In this document: one piece after another, positions 18,871-29,363 of the stretch
Position numbering within the stretch: the first letter of the stretch is position 1
Layout of the letters: every line of letters begins with the position of its first letter
From: Candidatus Eiseniibacteriota bacterium
GTDB lineage: Bacteria; Eisenbacteria; RBG-16-71-46; CAIMUX01; VGJL01
Reading direction: 5' to 3'
DNA: 64,000 nucleotides
NCBI GenBank assembly: GCA_963792585.1
Contig: CAWBWI010000006.1
Location: forward strand, 896,001-960,000
Program-made: the position numbers and the translations under genes
Notes under the pieces: generated by a model
Told to the model about the DNA's origin: nothing
Databases searched by the model: none
What the model saw: only the letters and a program-made list of their open reading frames with translations

Positions 18871-21231
18871 ATGGAACCGGTAGAGGTGGTCCCTCGACAC
18901 GCTTCCCGCGTAGCCGCCGTCGAAACTTCCGCCCACGTAGCCGCCCGCTCTCACGGAGATCGCGATCCAGGAGGAATCCGGCGGCGTCCCCGCCGGGCCC
19001 GGCACGATGAAGTGATACGTCTCCGACGCGGTTTCCATAAGGGTCTCGGAATCGTTACCCCAAGCCCTCACCCAGATGTACCCCGAAGACTTCGCAGACT
19101 CCGTTGCGGGATCGTCCATGCGGATCTTCTCCGTCTCGACCGACAGGCTCATGCCAAGCGACTCGCCGGGGATCAACTCCGCGGACGGCACCGTCCATGT
19201 GGCTTGTACCGTGGTCTCCCAGTCCCCAAACCAGACCTCGGTGAAGAACGGATTGTCGTAGCCGGAGCGAATGGATAGGCCGCCGGCAGTGACTGTGAAC
19301 TCATTGATGTTCAGGCGCACGCCGTTTCGGGGCGCGACGTCCCGATTCTCGACGTGATCGAGGACCCAGCGGCCTCCTTCAATGGTGAAAGGCACGCCGC
19401 GGCTCGCCATCCCCGCAACCGTGACAACGACATCCCCCGAGCGCGCTCCCGCCGGCACGGTCGCCGTGATCCGCGCTTCGGACCAGGTGGTGATCGCCGC
19501 GCCGGTGCCGTTGAAGCTCACCGCACCGGATCCCTGGGTGGCGCCGAATCGTTGCCCGACGATTTCCACGGCGTCCCCTGCCTTGCCGTGATCGGGCGAG
19601 AGGGATGTGATCGACGGTGGGAAGGACACCACGAGATCGTGAAGCTCCACGCTCTGGTCAGTCGGTCGGTTCCAGTCGATCTGGATTGCGACCTCTGCGG
19701 TATCCCCATCGGCGACGGCGCGAATCCAGCTATCGCCGGGGAAGACATCGCCGACGACTGCGAATCGGCCGTCCGCGCCGCTCGGGATCTGTGACCAGCC
19801 CCCCTCGTATGTCTCCCCCGCCACGCGGGCGAAGGACGACGGCACCACACCGGCCACCGGGTCTCCCGACGGATTGACGAAGCGGCCGCGTACGCTGTAG
19901 GACCATCCGGTCCTCTGCGCGATCGGGGGGAGGAGTTCCGCCTGCGTCCCGAGTTCCCGTTCGATCTCGACGCGGAGATCGTTCACGCCGGTCGCGCCGC
20001 GCGCGATGATCTCGAAGAGCCGGTCGAATCCCAATGCGGGCGCGGGGACGTTCGTGGGTCGTCCCGTGGTCAAGTCCTTCATGGATGGCTGGGCGCGGGT
20101 GAGCGCCGCAAGCAGCGCCGCCGCGAACCCTTCCGTCCCTGGAAAGTCGTCGGTCAACGGCGAGTGGTTCAGAAACAAGACATGGGGATCGAGCGGGTCG
20201 TCGGACTTGATTCCACCCGTAAAGAACCACTCCAGAACGAATGCGTAGTCGTCCGCGATCCTCTCGCGCCCGATCGCGTCGCCGATACCGTGCTCGGTAT
20301 TCCACAGCGGCTGCTGCCCCTCGAGCGTCGATTGAGCGTCATCGCCGACCAGGGTGTGGACGGCATAGTGCCCGGTTTCGTGCGCGATGTTTCCGACATT
20401 CGCGGACAAGGTCAGATGGATCGTAGGACGGATCAGGCGTCCGTGCGCCCCGAGCGACCTCCACCAGAAACCGTCGTAGTAGAGCCCGTCGAAGGTATAG
20501 TGCCGGTGCATTCGACCGTTCACCTCGGCGCGCACCGCCGTCTGGCGCGCCGGCGCGAGGGCCGCGAGAAAGCTGTCCACGTAGCTGCTGGCCTGCAGCT
20601 CCATGTGGAGCATCCGCGTCGCGTCGTTGCTGCCGGCCGGGATCGACGAGAACCAGTATCGGCTGAAACCGCGGCGCGCCGTCGACGGACCGATCGCGAC
20701 CGCGCGACCGGCGGGGATCTCCTGACCTCGCAAGGCCGAGCCCTCGAAGGGCATCGTGAGGAGGAACGCGATCCCCTGATCGAGGGTGTCAACCTCGGGC
20801 ACGGCGATCCAGCGTTCCGATCCCGGCGTGACGTCGTCGAAGAGACCATCGACCCGGCCGTAGCCGAAAACCATCGGGCGATCCCCCGCCGTCCCGGGGA
20901 CGACGACCTCGATGGGCTCGGACCCGGCGTACTCGATGGCAAAACCGTTCCCGGCGAATGGCCCCGCCGGTCCGGTGAGGATTCGGGCTACCGTGATCGT
21001 GCCGGTGCCTCCCTCCGGAAATCGAAGAGCGCACTGGGTCAGACTGTCCTGCAGGATCGCCTCTCCTCCCGGGGGAATTGCGTACTGGTGCGCGGGACCA
21101 AGGGTGAACTGCGCCGTCTCATCGCCCTCCGGGTCACTGAGGCGCGGGTGATCCGCGCATCCAAGCGCGAACAAGGCCGGAAGCAGGATGATCCACGATG
21201 CCATTGGGTGAAGCGGTCCGACGCCGCGCAT
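18862..21231 (-). CDS. Lipoprotein with an HExxH zinc-peptidase-like motif and an IPT/TIG domain
   Basis: AAGGAG SD before ATG 21231; lipobox FALGC; IAHETGHY; PSITSLSP..G..VEIVGQRFG...WSEARITATVP (IPT). Confidence 0.7.
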   Translation of the reverse strand: MRGVGPLHPMASWIILLPALFALGCADHPRLSDPEGDETAQFTLGPAHQYAIPPGGEAILQDSLTQCALRFPEGGTGTITVARILTGPAGPFAGNGFAIEYAGSEPIEVVVPGTAGDRPMVFGYGRVDGLFDDVTPGSERWIAVPEVDTLDQGIAFLLTMPFEGSALRGQEIPAGRAVAIGPSTARRGFSRYWFSSIPAGSNDATRMLHMELQASSYVDSFLAALAPARQTAVRAEVNGRMHRHYTFDGLYYDGFWWRSLGAHGRLIRPTIHLTLSANVGNIAHETGHYAVHTLVGDDAQSTLEGQQPLWNTEHGIGDAIGRERIADDYAFVLEWFFTGGIKSDDPLDPHVLFLNHSPLTDDFPGTEGFAAALLAALTRAQPSMKDLTTGRPTNVPAPALGFDRLFEIIARGATGVNDLRVEIERELGTQAELLPPIAQRTGWSYSVRGRFVNPSGDPVAGVVPSSFARVAGETYEGGWSQIPSGADGRFAVVGDVFPGDSWIRAVADGDTAEVAIQIDWNRPTDQSVELHDLVVSFPPSITSLSPDHGKAGDAVEIVGQRFGATQGSGAVSFNGTGAAITTWSEARITATVPAGARSGDVVVTVAGMASRGVPFTIEGGRWVLDHVENRDVAPRNGVRLNINEFTVTAGGLSIRSGYDNPFFTEVWFGDWETTVQATWTVPSAELIPGESLGMSLSVETEKIRMDDPATESAKSSGYIWVRAWGNDSETLMETASETYHFIVPGPAGTPPDSSWIAISVRAGGYVGGSFDGGYAGSVSRDHLYRFHSN

Positions 21232-21477
21232 GCCGATCTCCTTTGTTTTGAAGCGGAAGGCAGATTCACCCAATAATCGGATTGATTCGATCGGATCCTG
21301 AGGACACAACCCATCGACGCGTAAGTTCCGCACACCGACCGATGCCATGCTGGCTCTCCCCACGCCAGACCCCCTAGCCGCAGCCGCCCCGGATCCGTTA
21401 CCCTGATCGGGTGCCGTCACATCTTCCGGCGCCCCCAATCCTGAAGATCCCGAAAGAGATGCCCGAACGGAGGTTGC

Positions 21478-22551
21478 ATGCCAAGCTTCGCACTGATCGG
21501 CCCGCCCGGGAGCGGGAAGAGCACGGTTTTCGAACTCGTCGCCGGGATGGCGGCGTCGCGCCAGGCGTTGAAGCAGAACTTCACCGCCGACCGCGCGATG
21601 GTTCCCGTCCCGGACCAACGATTCGACAAGCTCTGCGCGCTCTTCAAGCCAAAGAAGAACGCGCCGGTGAGCGTCGAGATCCTCGATATCCCCGGCATCG
21701 ACGCGCAGACCGATGTGAAGCTCCGCACCGTCGCGATGACCGAGGTCAAGAAGGCCGACGGGATCGCGATCGTCCTGAACCTCTTTCTTCCCGGCTCTCA
21801 CGAGACGGCGCTCGCCGCGCTGCGCGAAGTCTGGGACGAGTTGGTCTTCGCCGACTACGCGGTCGCCCAGAAGGGGATCGAGAACGTCGAGAACGCAGCC
21901 CGGAGCAAGCAGAACTCCGACGCCGAGAAGCGCCTCAACTTCCTTCAGTCGCTGATCCCGCACCTCGAGGGAGGCGCGGGCCTGCGCACGGTCACATTCG
22001 ACGAGGAGTCGGAGAAGCTCGTCCGCCAGTACGGCCTCCTAACCCGCAAGCCGATTCTCGTGATCGCCAACTTGGGCGAGGAGTCCCTCGCCGAGGGCAC
22101 GAAGGCCCCGGGCGTGGAAGCCCTTCACGCATTCTGTGAGGAGCGGACGTGGCCCCTCTTCCCGCTCTCCGCAAAGGTGGAGTACGAGATCGGGCAACTC
22201 GACCCGGAAGATCGCAAGGAGCTGCTCGCTTCCTATCAGCTCGACGAACCGGGACTGCACCGTTTCGTGCGCGCGGCCTACGCGGCGCTCGATCTGATCA
22301 CCTTCTTCACCGTCGGCGAGGACGAGGTCCGCGGCTGGACGGTCAAGCGCGCGACCCCGGCGCGGCGCGCCGCGGGCGCGATCCACTCCGATCTCGAGCG
22401 CGGCTTCATCCGCGCGGAGGTGATCGACCAGGGGCTCCTGCTCGAACTCGGCTCGATGGCCGAGGCCAAGAAGCGTGGCGTCCTGCGGCTCGAGGGAAAG
22501 GATTACCCCGTCCAGGACGGCGACATCTTCCACGTGCGGTTCAGCGTGTAG
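21478..22551 (+). CDS. ychF: Obg-family ATPase YchF
   Basis: GPPGSGKST, VPVPDQR, DIPG, LITFFTVGEDEVRGW, AGAIHSDLERGFIRAEV and EGKDYPVQDGD motifs. Confidence 0.92.
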   Translation: MPSFALIGPPGSGKSTVFELVAGMAASRQALKQNFTADRAMVPVPDQRFDKLCALFKPKKNAPVSVEILDIPGIDAQTDVKLRTVAMTEVKKADGIAIVLNLFLPGSHETALAALREVWDELVFADYAVAQKGIENVENAARSKQNSDAEKRLNFLQSLIPHLEGGAGLRTVTFDEESEKLVRQYGLLTRKPILVIANLGEESLAEGTKAPGVEALHAFCEERTWPLFPLSAKVEYEIGQLDPEDRKELLASYQLDEPGLHRFVRAAYAALDLITFFTVGEDEVRGWTVKRATPARRAAGAIHSDLERGFIRAEVIDQGLLLELGSMAEAKKRGVLRLEGKDYPVQDGDIFHVRFSV

Positions 22552-22659
22552 GGGGCGACGGGACGGACGGTCCGGCGCAGGGGACTCCGCCGGAGCGTCG
22601 CTGACCGACTCTCAGTTCCCTGTTTCCGATCGCCTCCCCGTCTGATTCAATCAAGAGAG

Positions 22660-24564
22660 ATGAACGACCTGAAGACCGGCCGCTCGCCCGAAATCGACAT
22701 CCTGTTCCTCCACCCCACAGGTAGTGAGGATCCCGTGTCGGTTTCGATCGCGATCGGGATCCTGGAGCTGCTCCGCCTCTGGTTCGAAAAGGCGGGACTC
22801 TCCGTCTCCGCGTGGCCCGAAACGGCGGTCGACGCCGAGGGACATCATCGCTTCGTCCTGCGCACACAGCCGTGGGCGGCGAGTGAGATCCGACGCAAAC
22901 TCCTGCTGGTCCCCACGGCGGAGCGTGTCCTCACCCTGAACCTGGTCGCGGAGCCGACCCGGCAAGCCGAGATCACGATCGTGGACCACCGAGGAGATCG
23001 TCTGACCGACGCCGTCATCCCCCTCGACGCCGCGGCGCTGTTCGAGGGTTTCCCGAAGGCGGCGTGCACCTTGATCGAGGCCCTCGACCAGCCGATCAAG
23101 GCGTGCACTTCCGCGGGTTTCTTCCAGACATCCGATGCGACGACGGCAATCGCCTCCATCGCCGCGCTCGAGCGCCTAGCCGCCTTCAAGGCGGGAGTCG
23201 GGCGAGACGAACCCACCCGCCTGCTCGAACCGATTCTCGCGCTGCTCACCCGCGAACCGTCTCATCCGATCGGCCGCGAGTGTCTCGCGCGCATCGCAAC
23301 CGCGCTCGTCGAGGCAAAGAAACCCGAAGCTCAGGCTGCCGCCTGCCAAGCGTTGGAGCGCTGGTGCGATCTCGCCCCTCTCTCCCCCACACCGGCCTAC
23401 TTTCTGGCCATCGCACGGCAACGGACCGGCTCCGGCGAACCGGCGCGCGCGGCCTATGAGGAAGCCCTGCGGCGCGATCCCCTCTACGTGCCCGCGATCC
23501 AGGGATATGCGGATTGGCTGGCGGAGCGGGGCTTCGTGGACCAGGGCGTAGGTGTCATCCAGCGCGCTTTCGGGCAGACGGCGTTCGAGGGGAATCTGCT
23601 CGATCAGGCCGGGTGCCTGCTCGCGAACGCGGGGCGCATCGCCGAGGCCGAACCTCTCTTCGCGCGCTCGATCGTGTCCGATGGGCCGCCCACCGCGCAC
23701 TCGAACCTCGCCCGCAGCCTGATCGTGCGCGGCAGGGAAGCCGAAGCGCTCGAGGTGCTGCAGGAAGGGATGGCCTCCGGCGTCGAAACAACCCACCTGG
23801 AACTCCTCGGCAAGATGGCGAAGGGCGCGGGGATCGTCGCCTCGCAGGCCCGCGCGATCGTCCGCGGGCGGATCGCCGAGGGGAGCGCCGACGAGGAACT
23901 CCTGCACACCCTCGTCACCCTCTGCCTGGAAATGGACGGCCCGGAGGCCGCCGCCCCCCATGCGCGCCGCCTGATCGACATCGCGACCAAATCGGAGTAC
24001 CGCCGCGCCGGCTACTACGTCCTGCTGCGTTCGCGGATGGAGGATTTCGAGAGACGGTGGGATGCGGCCGTCCTCGACGTGACCGAGAACGATGGTGCCG
24101 CCGCTGAGCCGTTCTTCCGGGAGGTCGTGACCCTCGAGCCGGGGTTCGGCCGCGCTCAATTCCTGCTCGGCGGCGCCCTCGAGAAGCTCGGAAAGATCGC
24201 GGACGCGCTGCCCCACCTGGAAATCGCCGCGCAGACCGAGGGGGACGACCCGGGCCTGCTCGACCTCGTCGCCCGCGCGCTCGCCGACGCCGGGAACCAC
24301 ACGAGGGCCGCCCAGGCCCATCACCGCGCCGCGATCCTCGCCCCGCAAGATCCGCGGATCCTCCGAAACGCCGCGGTCTCCATGATCCGCGCGGGCTACA
24401 TCGACGAGGGGGTCGGATTCGCCCGCGCCTCCCTCACCCTCCAGCCGGAGCAGCCGGAACTCCACGACCTCCTTCGGGAAGTCGCCGATCGGCGCCACGC
24501 GCGTCGCAGCGGCGCGCTGGCGAAACTCCTCCGAACGATCGGGATGGGCAAGCCGAAGAAGTGA
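22660..24564 (+). CDS. Tetratricopeptide repeat protein
   Basis: Long ORF with many TPR-like helical pairs (AYEEALRRDP, AHSNLARSL, AQFLLGGAL). Confidence 0.7.
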   Translation: MNDLKTGRSPEIDILFLHPTGSEDPVSVSIAIGILELLRLWFEKAGLSVSAWPETAVDAEGHHRFVLRTQPWAASEIRRKLLLVPTAERVLTLNLVAEPTRQAEITIVDHRGDRLTDAVIPLDAAALFEGFPKAACTLIEALDQPIKACTSAGFFQTSDATTAIASIAALERLAAFKAGVGRDEPTRLLEPILALLTREPSHPIGRECLARIATALVEAKKPEAQAAACQALERWCDLAPLSPTPAYFLAIARQRTGSGEPARAAYEEALRRDPLYVPAIQGYADWLAERGFVDQGVGVIQRAFGQTAFEGNLLDQAGCLLANAGRIAEAEPLFARSIVSDGPPTAHSNLARSLIVRGREAEALEVLQEGMASGVETTHLELLGKMAKGAGIVASQARAIVRGRIAEGSADEELLHTLVTLCLEMDGPEAAAPHARRLIDIATKSEYRRAGYYVLLRSRMEDFERRWDAAVLDVTENDGAAAEPFFREVVTLEPGFGRAQFLLGGALEKLGKIADALPHLEIAAQTEGDDPGLLDLVARALADAGNHTRAAQAHHRAAILAPQDPRILRNAAVSMIRAGYIDEGVGFARASLTLQPEQPELHDLLREVADRRHARRSGALAKLLRTIGMGKPKK

Positions 24565-24607
24565 GTCGGCGAGTCGGCCGCTCTTCGAATCCCGCGACCT
24601 TCGGGAT

Positions 24608-25399
24608 CTACTTGATCAACCGCCGCTTCATCAGGACGATCGCCGTCACGATCGCCCCGCACATCAGAAGCAGCAAGTAGCCCGCGCTCCAGTACCACCC
24701 CGGAGGAAACCACCCGAGAAACGCCCCGCGCACGAGCAGCGCGATGTGCGTGAGCGGCAGTACGGTCGCCACGATACGCGCCCATCCCGGCAGGATGTCG
24801 ATCGGGAAGAAGGTCCCGCTGAAGAGAAACATCGGGAAGATGAAGAGGAAGATCGGGAAGTTCATCGAGTCGATCGACGGGACGAGCGCTGTCGTGATGA
24901 GGCCGAGCGAAGCGAACAGGAAGCCGCCGATCAGCGCCACGGGGATCGCCCAGAGCGCCGTCGGATAGTGAACCAGGCCGAAGGCGGAGAGAACACCGCC
25001 CATGATGACGCAGGCGATCATGCTCTTCGTCGCCCCCCAGAGCATCTCGCCCATGATCACGTCCTCGACGAGCAAGGGGGTCGCGATGATCGCATCGAAG
25101 GTCTTCTGGTAGTACATCCGGACGAACGACGCGTACGTGTTCTCGAAGTAGGCCCAGAACATGATCGCCACGGCCACGACGCCCGGCGCCATGAACGGAA
25201 GGTAGCCGACTTCCCGTCCTTGATAGGTGAGGATGCCGATCATCGAGCCGAGTCCGATCCCGAAGGCGACGACGTAGAAGACCGGCTCGAGCAGCGGCGG
25301 GAGGAAGTTGGTCTTCCAGGTCGTCCGGTAGACGTCGAAATCGCGCCGCCAGACGTGGAAGGAGCGGGTGGAGACATTTCGCAGCGTTTGCAGCATCAA
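24608..25399 (-). CDS. ABC-2 transporter permease (NodJ-like)
   Basis: Multiple TM segments; YLPFMAPG, TFDAIIATPL and FSGTFFP motifs. Confidence 0.88.
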   Translation of the reverse strand: MMLQTLRNVSTRSFHVWRRDFDVYRTTWKTNFLPPLLEPVFYVVAFGIGLGSMIGILTYQGREVGYLPFMAPGVVAVAIMFWAYFENTYASFVRMYYQKTFDAIIATPLLVEDVIMGEMLWGATKSMIACVIMGGVLSAFGLVHYPTALWAIPVALIGGFLFASLGLITTALVPSIDSMNFPIFLFIFPMFLFSGTFFPIDILPGWARIVATVLPLTHIALLVRGAFLGWFPPGWYWSAGYLLLLMCGAIVTAIVLMKRRLIK

Positions 25400-26319
25400 T
25401 CCCTCAACACCCGTCCGGCCTGTTTGAGGAAGACGTCTTCAAGCGTCGCGCGGCGCAGGCTGCGCTCCTGGTGCGGGAAACGTTCGCCCAGATCGCGCGC
25501 GCCGTCCGTACCCGCGGGCAGGTAAACGAAGAGACGATCCTCGACCTCCTCGCTCGGCCACCCGCGTTCGGCGATGAAACCCGTGACCTCGGGACCATGG
25601 TTCCAGAGCTCCAGGACCTCCTCACCGACCAGCTCGCGGACAAGGTTCGCGGGGGATCCTTCGAGGAGGATCTTGCCCACGTCCATCAGGATCACCCGGT
25701 CGCAGAGCTGCGAGGCCTCCTCCATGTAGTGCGTGGTGATGAGGATCGTCGTCCCCTCGGCCTTCAGGGCGCGGACGCGCTGCCAGATCATGTGACGCGC
25801 CTGCGGGTCGAGGCCGGTCGTCGGCTCGTCGAGGATCAAGAGACGCGGCTGGTTCAAGAGCGCGCGGGCGAGGATCAGCCGCCGCTTCATCCCGCCGGAA
25901 AGCTCCTGCGTCTTCGCGTTCGCCTTCTCGTCGAGCTGCATCATCTTCAAGAGATCCGCGGTTCGCGCGCGGGCCGTCGCGCGGGGCATTCCATAATAGC
26001 GGGCGAATACGAGGAGGTTTCTCTCGACCGAGAAGTCGGGATCGAGATTGTCCTCCTGCGGGCAGATCCCGAGGTTCGCCTTCACCTCGCGCGGGTGGGT
26101 CATCACGTCGTGGCCGAAGACGCGGACCCTTCCTGCGGTGACCGGCGAGAAGCAGGAGACCATCTTCACGGTGGTCGTCTTCCCCGCCCCATTGGGGCCG
26201 AGGAAGCCGACGCACTCCCCCGCCGCGACGGCGAAGTCGATTGCGTTGACCGCGGTCAGTTCCCCGTAGCGCTTCGTGAGGCCGCGCGCCTCGATGACCG
26301 GTACCCCTGCATCCATCAC
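25396..26319 (-). CDS. ABC transporter ATP-binding protein (NodI-like)
   Basis: GPNGAGKTT, LSGGMKRR, LDEPTTGLDP and TTHYMEEA motifs. Confidence 0.92.
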   Translation of the reverse strand: MMDAGVPVIEARGLTKRYGELTAVNAIDFAVAAGECVGFLGPNGAGKTTTVKMVSCFSPVTAGRVRVFGHDVMTHPREVKANLGICPQEDNLDPDFSVERNLLVFARYYGMPRATARARTADLLKMMQLDEKANAKTQELSGGMKRRLILARALLNQPRLLILDEPTTGLDPQARHMIWQRVRALKAEGTTILITTHYMEEASQLCDRVILMDVGKILLEGSPANLVRELVGEEVLELWNHGPEVTGFIAERGWPSEEVEDRLFVYLPAGTDGARDLGERFPHQERSLRRATLEDVFLKQAGRVLRD

Positions 26320-26398
26320 CCATGGATCGTACCCGTCGCACCCGATCTCTGCTACCCTGTGCGCCGTGCGACCCCATCCGTTCGTATCGGGCTCGGCG

Positions 26399-27556
26399 AT
26401 GAGCCACCTCGAGTGCGCCCGCTGCGGGCAACACGAGGAGGCCGACCGGATCGCATCCGTCTGCGCGGCTTGCGGCGGTCCTCTCCTGGTTCGGTACCAC
26501 CTGGCCAGGATGGACCTGCGCGGACTCCCGTGGGACCTCGGGCAACGGTCCGCGGATTTGTGGCGTTACACGGAGCTTCTTCCCGTTCGCTCCTCCCGCT
26601 GGCGGATCGGTCTCGGCGAGGGGATGAGCCCCGTGCTCTGCGCCCCCCGCCTGGCGCATGAGCTTGGACTCGAGAAGCTCTGGGTGAAGGACGAGGGGCG
26701 CAATCCGACCGGCTCATTCAAGGCGCGTGGGATGGCCGTCGCCGTCGCGCGCGCGGCGGAGCTCGGGGCGCGGACCCTGAGCGCCCCGTCGGCGGGCAAT
26801 GCCGGCCTGGCCCTGGCCGCCTACGCCGCGCGGCACGGGCTGCGCGCGCTCGTCGCCTTCCCGGTCGACATCCCGGGGATCTATGTCCGCGAATGCCGCG
26901 GCTATGGCGCCGAGGTGATCACGGCCGGGGCGACGATCCGCGAGGCGGGCGCCGCGTTGCGCGCCCACATTGAGCAGAAGCCCGCCTGGCAGGATGCGAT
27001 CGACGTCTCGACCCTGCGCGAGCCGTATCGACTCGAGGGGAAGAAGACGATGGGTTTCGAGATCGCCGAGCAGTTCCGCGGCCGGTTGCCGGATACGATC
27101 ATCTATCCGACCGGCGGCGGGACCGGGCTCATCGGGATCTGGAAGGCGTTCGAGGAGATGGGATCGCTCGGCTGGCTGGTCGAGCAGCGTCCGCGGATGA
27201 TCGTGATCCAGATGGCCGGCTGTGCGCCGATCGTGGATGCGTTCCGTGCGGGAACGGAGTCCGCCGTGCCGGCGACCGATCCGACGACTCGTTGCTGGGG
27301 CCTGCGCGTTCCCGCGCCGTTCGCGGACCGTGAGATCCTGCGCGTCGTGCGCGAGAGCGGAGGCGCGGCCGTCGCGGTGCCGGAAGAAGATCTCGTGCCG
27401 ATGGCGGAACGCGCCGCCCGGCTCGAAGGCCTCGACGCCGCTCCCGAAGGCGCTGCCGCGCTGGCGGCGTTGCCGATCTTGTTGCGCGATGGAGTCATCC
27501 AGAAGACGGATCGGGTCCTTGTGTTGAATACCGCCGCTTCGGGAATGTACAAGTAA
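26399..27556 (+). CDS. thrC: Threonine synthase-like PLP enzyme
   Basis: N-terminal CxxC..CxxC, NPTGSFKARG, SAGNAG, EGKKTMG and PTGGG motifs. Confidence 0.8.
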   Translation: MSHLECARCGQHEEADRIASVCAACGGPLLVRYHLARMDLRGLPWDLGQRSADLWRYTELLPVRSSRWRIGLGEGMSPVLCAPRLAHELGLEKLWVKDEGRNPTGSFKARGMAVAVARAAELGARTLSAPSAGNAGLALAAYAARHGLRALVAFPVDIPGIYVRECRGYGAEVITAGATIREAGAALRAHIEQKPAWQDAIDVSTLREPYRLEGKKTMGFEIAEQFRGRLPDTIIYPTGGGTGLIGIWKAFEEMGSLGWLVEQRPRMIVIQMAGCAPIVDAFRAGTESAVPATDPTTRCWGLRVPAPFADREILRVVRESGGAAVAVPEEDLVPMAERAARLEGLDAAPEGAAALAALPILLRDGVIQKTDRVLVLNTAASGMYK

Positions 27557-27676
27557 GAGCAGCGCACGCCTGCCAATGGGAACGCGGCCGAAGCGATGCA
27601 AGCCCGCACCAAGTCGCTTTGGCTATGAAGCGTCTCGTCACACCGGGAGTGAATAAGTCTGTTACGGAAGGAACTC

Positions 27677-28666
27677 ATGCGAGCAATTGTTCACACGGAA
27701 TACGGATCCCCGGAGGTACTTCGGCTCCAGGAGATAGAAAGACCCACTCCTCGGGACAACGAAGTACTGGTGAAGGTCTTTGCGGCATCCGTGAACGCAT
27801 ATGATTGGCATCTGCTGACCGCGGACATCTTCCTGGTTCGTCTCATGGGTGGAGGGTTGCTCAAACCCAAGAGCACCATACGGGGCGCGGACATTTCCGG
27901 GCGGATCGCGGAGACCGGAAAGAGCGTCACGCAGTTCCGGCCGGGCGATGAAGTGTTCGGGGATATTGCTGCATGCGGTAGTGGCGGGTTTGCCGAGTAC
28001 GTGTCGGTTCCCGAAGGTCTACTGGCGCGAAAACCCTCCAATCTGGCTTTCGAGGACGCAGCGGCCGTGCCCATGGCGGCCATCACCGCCCTGCAGGGCC
28101 TGCGCGATCGAGGCCACATCCAACCTGCGCAAAGCGTCCTGATCCAGGGGGCATCGGGTGGGGTGGGGACGTTTGCCGTCCAGATTGCCAAGTCGTTCGG
28201 GGCCGAGGTCACTGCCGTCTGCAGCACGAGGAATCTGGATCAGGCCCGTTCGCTCGGGGCAGACCACGTCATCGACTACACCAAGGAGGACTTCACCAGG
28301 AGCGGGCAGCAGTACGATCTGATCTTCGCCGCCAACGGATACCATCCGCTCTCGGCCTATCGGCGTGCCCTGACCCCCCGGGGCATCTACGTCATGGCCG
28401 GCGGCACCAAGGCCCAGATCTTCGAGGCCATGCTCCTGGGACCATGGATGTCGATGACCGGCGGCAAGAAGATGCGAGGCGTCTCGGCAAGGACAAGTCG
28501 ACAGGACCTGGCGTTCCTAGCCGGGCTCTTGGAATCCGGCAAAGTCGTTCCCGCCGTCGATCGACGTTACCCTCTCGAGGAGACGGCGGAGGCCCTCCGG
28601 TATCTCGGCACAGGACACGCCCGAGGAAAGGTGGTCATCACGGTGGAACATGGGGGCAATGCTTGA
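27677..28666 (+). CDS. NAD(P)-dependent alcohol dehydrogenase / quinone oxidoreductase (MDR family)
   Basis: GASGGVGTFAVQIAK, LGADHVIDY and GHARGKVV motifs. Confidence 0.9.
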   Translation: MRAIVHTEYGSPEVLRLQEIERPTPRDNEVLVKVFAASVNAYDWHLLTADIFLVRLMGGGLLKPKSTIRGADISGRIAETGKSVTQFRPGDEVFGDIAACGSGGFAEYVSVPEGLLARKPSNLAFEDAAAVPMAAITALQGLRDRGHIQPAQSVLIQGASGGVGTFAVQIAKSFGAEVTAVCSTRNLDQARSLGADHVIDYTKEDFTRSGQQYDLIFAANGYHPLSAYRRALTPRGIYVMAGGTKAQIFEAMLLGPWMSMTGGKKMRGVSARTSRQDLAFLAGLLESGKVVPAVDRRYPLEETAEALRYLGTGHARGKVVITVEHGGNA

Positions 28667-28757
28667 CCCCGTGTTGCAGGCGACGGTGCTTTGCTCGCTC
28701 CTCGATGCCCGGGATCCCGACCGTCGGGCATCGCGCGCATAGGCGAGGCAGGGCCGC

Positions 28758-29291
28758 ATGTCGCGAGTAGTCGTCACGGGCGGCCCTGGTGTGGGGAAGA
28801 CCACGCTCTTGCTGGCGCTCCAGGCGCTCGGCCACACCATCGTCGGTGATAGCCCAAGGACCATTATCCAAGACCGTCGTAGACACGGCCTGAGTCCACG
28901 ACCGAATGCGTATGAGTTCGCGCACGAGACGCTACAAATGGACATCGCCAACTTCGAGCTTCACGCCGCGACCCAAGGACACGTCTTCTTCGAGCGAGGC
29001 GTCCTCGATGCGCTCTGCGGACTCGATGCCGTCACCCCCCTGAGCCAGAGAGAGTTGCGCATGTGGCTCTCGAAGTATCGATACTCCAAGATCTTCGTCT
29101 TGCCACCATGGAAGGCGATCTACGTGAACGACGCCGAGCGCGACCACACTTTCGAGCACTTGGAGTCGGTCAACAGGATCACGCAGGAATGGTATCTTCG
29201 ATGCGGGTATCCGATCATCGAGGTGCCTAGACTTCCCGTCGCCGAAAGGTGCACGTTTGTGCTGAAGGAGCTGGCAGACGGCGACGCCTGA
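28758..29291 (+). CDS. AAA_28 (NadR-like) P-loop ATPase
   Basis: VVTGGPGVGKTT, FFERGVLD and PPWKAIYVNDAER motifs. Confidence 0.85.
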   Translation: MSRVVVTGGPGVGKTTLLLALQALGHTIVGDSPRTIIQDRRRHGLSPRPNAYEFAHETLQMDIANFELHAATQGHVFFERGVLDALCGLDAVTPLSQRELRMWLSKYRYSKIFVLPPWKAIYVNDAERDHTFEHLESVNRITQEWYLRCGYPIIEVPRLPVAERCTFVLKELADGDA

Positions 29292-29363
29292 CACGCCGAT
29301 GCACAGGATCCACGAGGCGTTCCGCGGTGGATCCATCTCCGTGCGCCGGTCAGACCCGTGCAG

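Noticed and set aside
21232..21963. N-terminal extension of the 1033-aa ORF
   Set aside because: It is largely antisense to ychF. The SD and lipoprotein signal point to ATG 21231.
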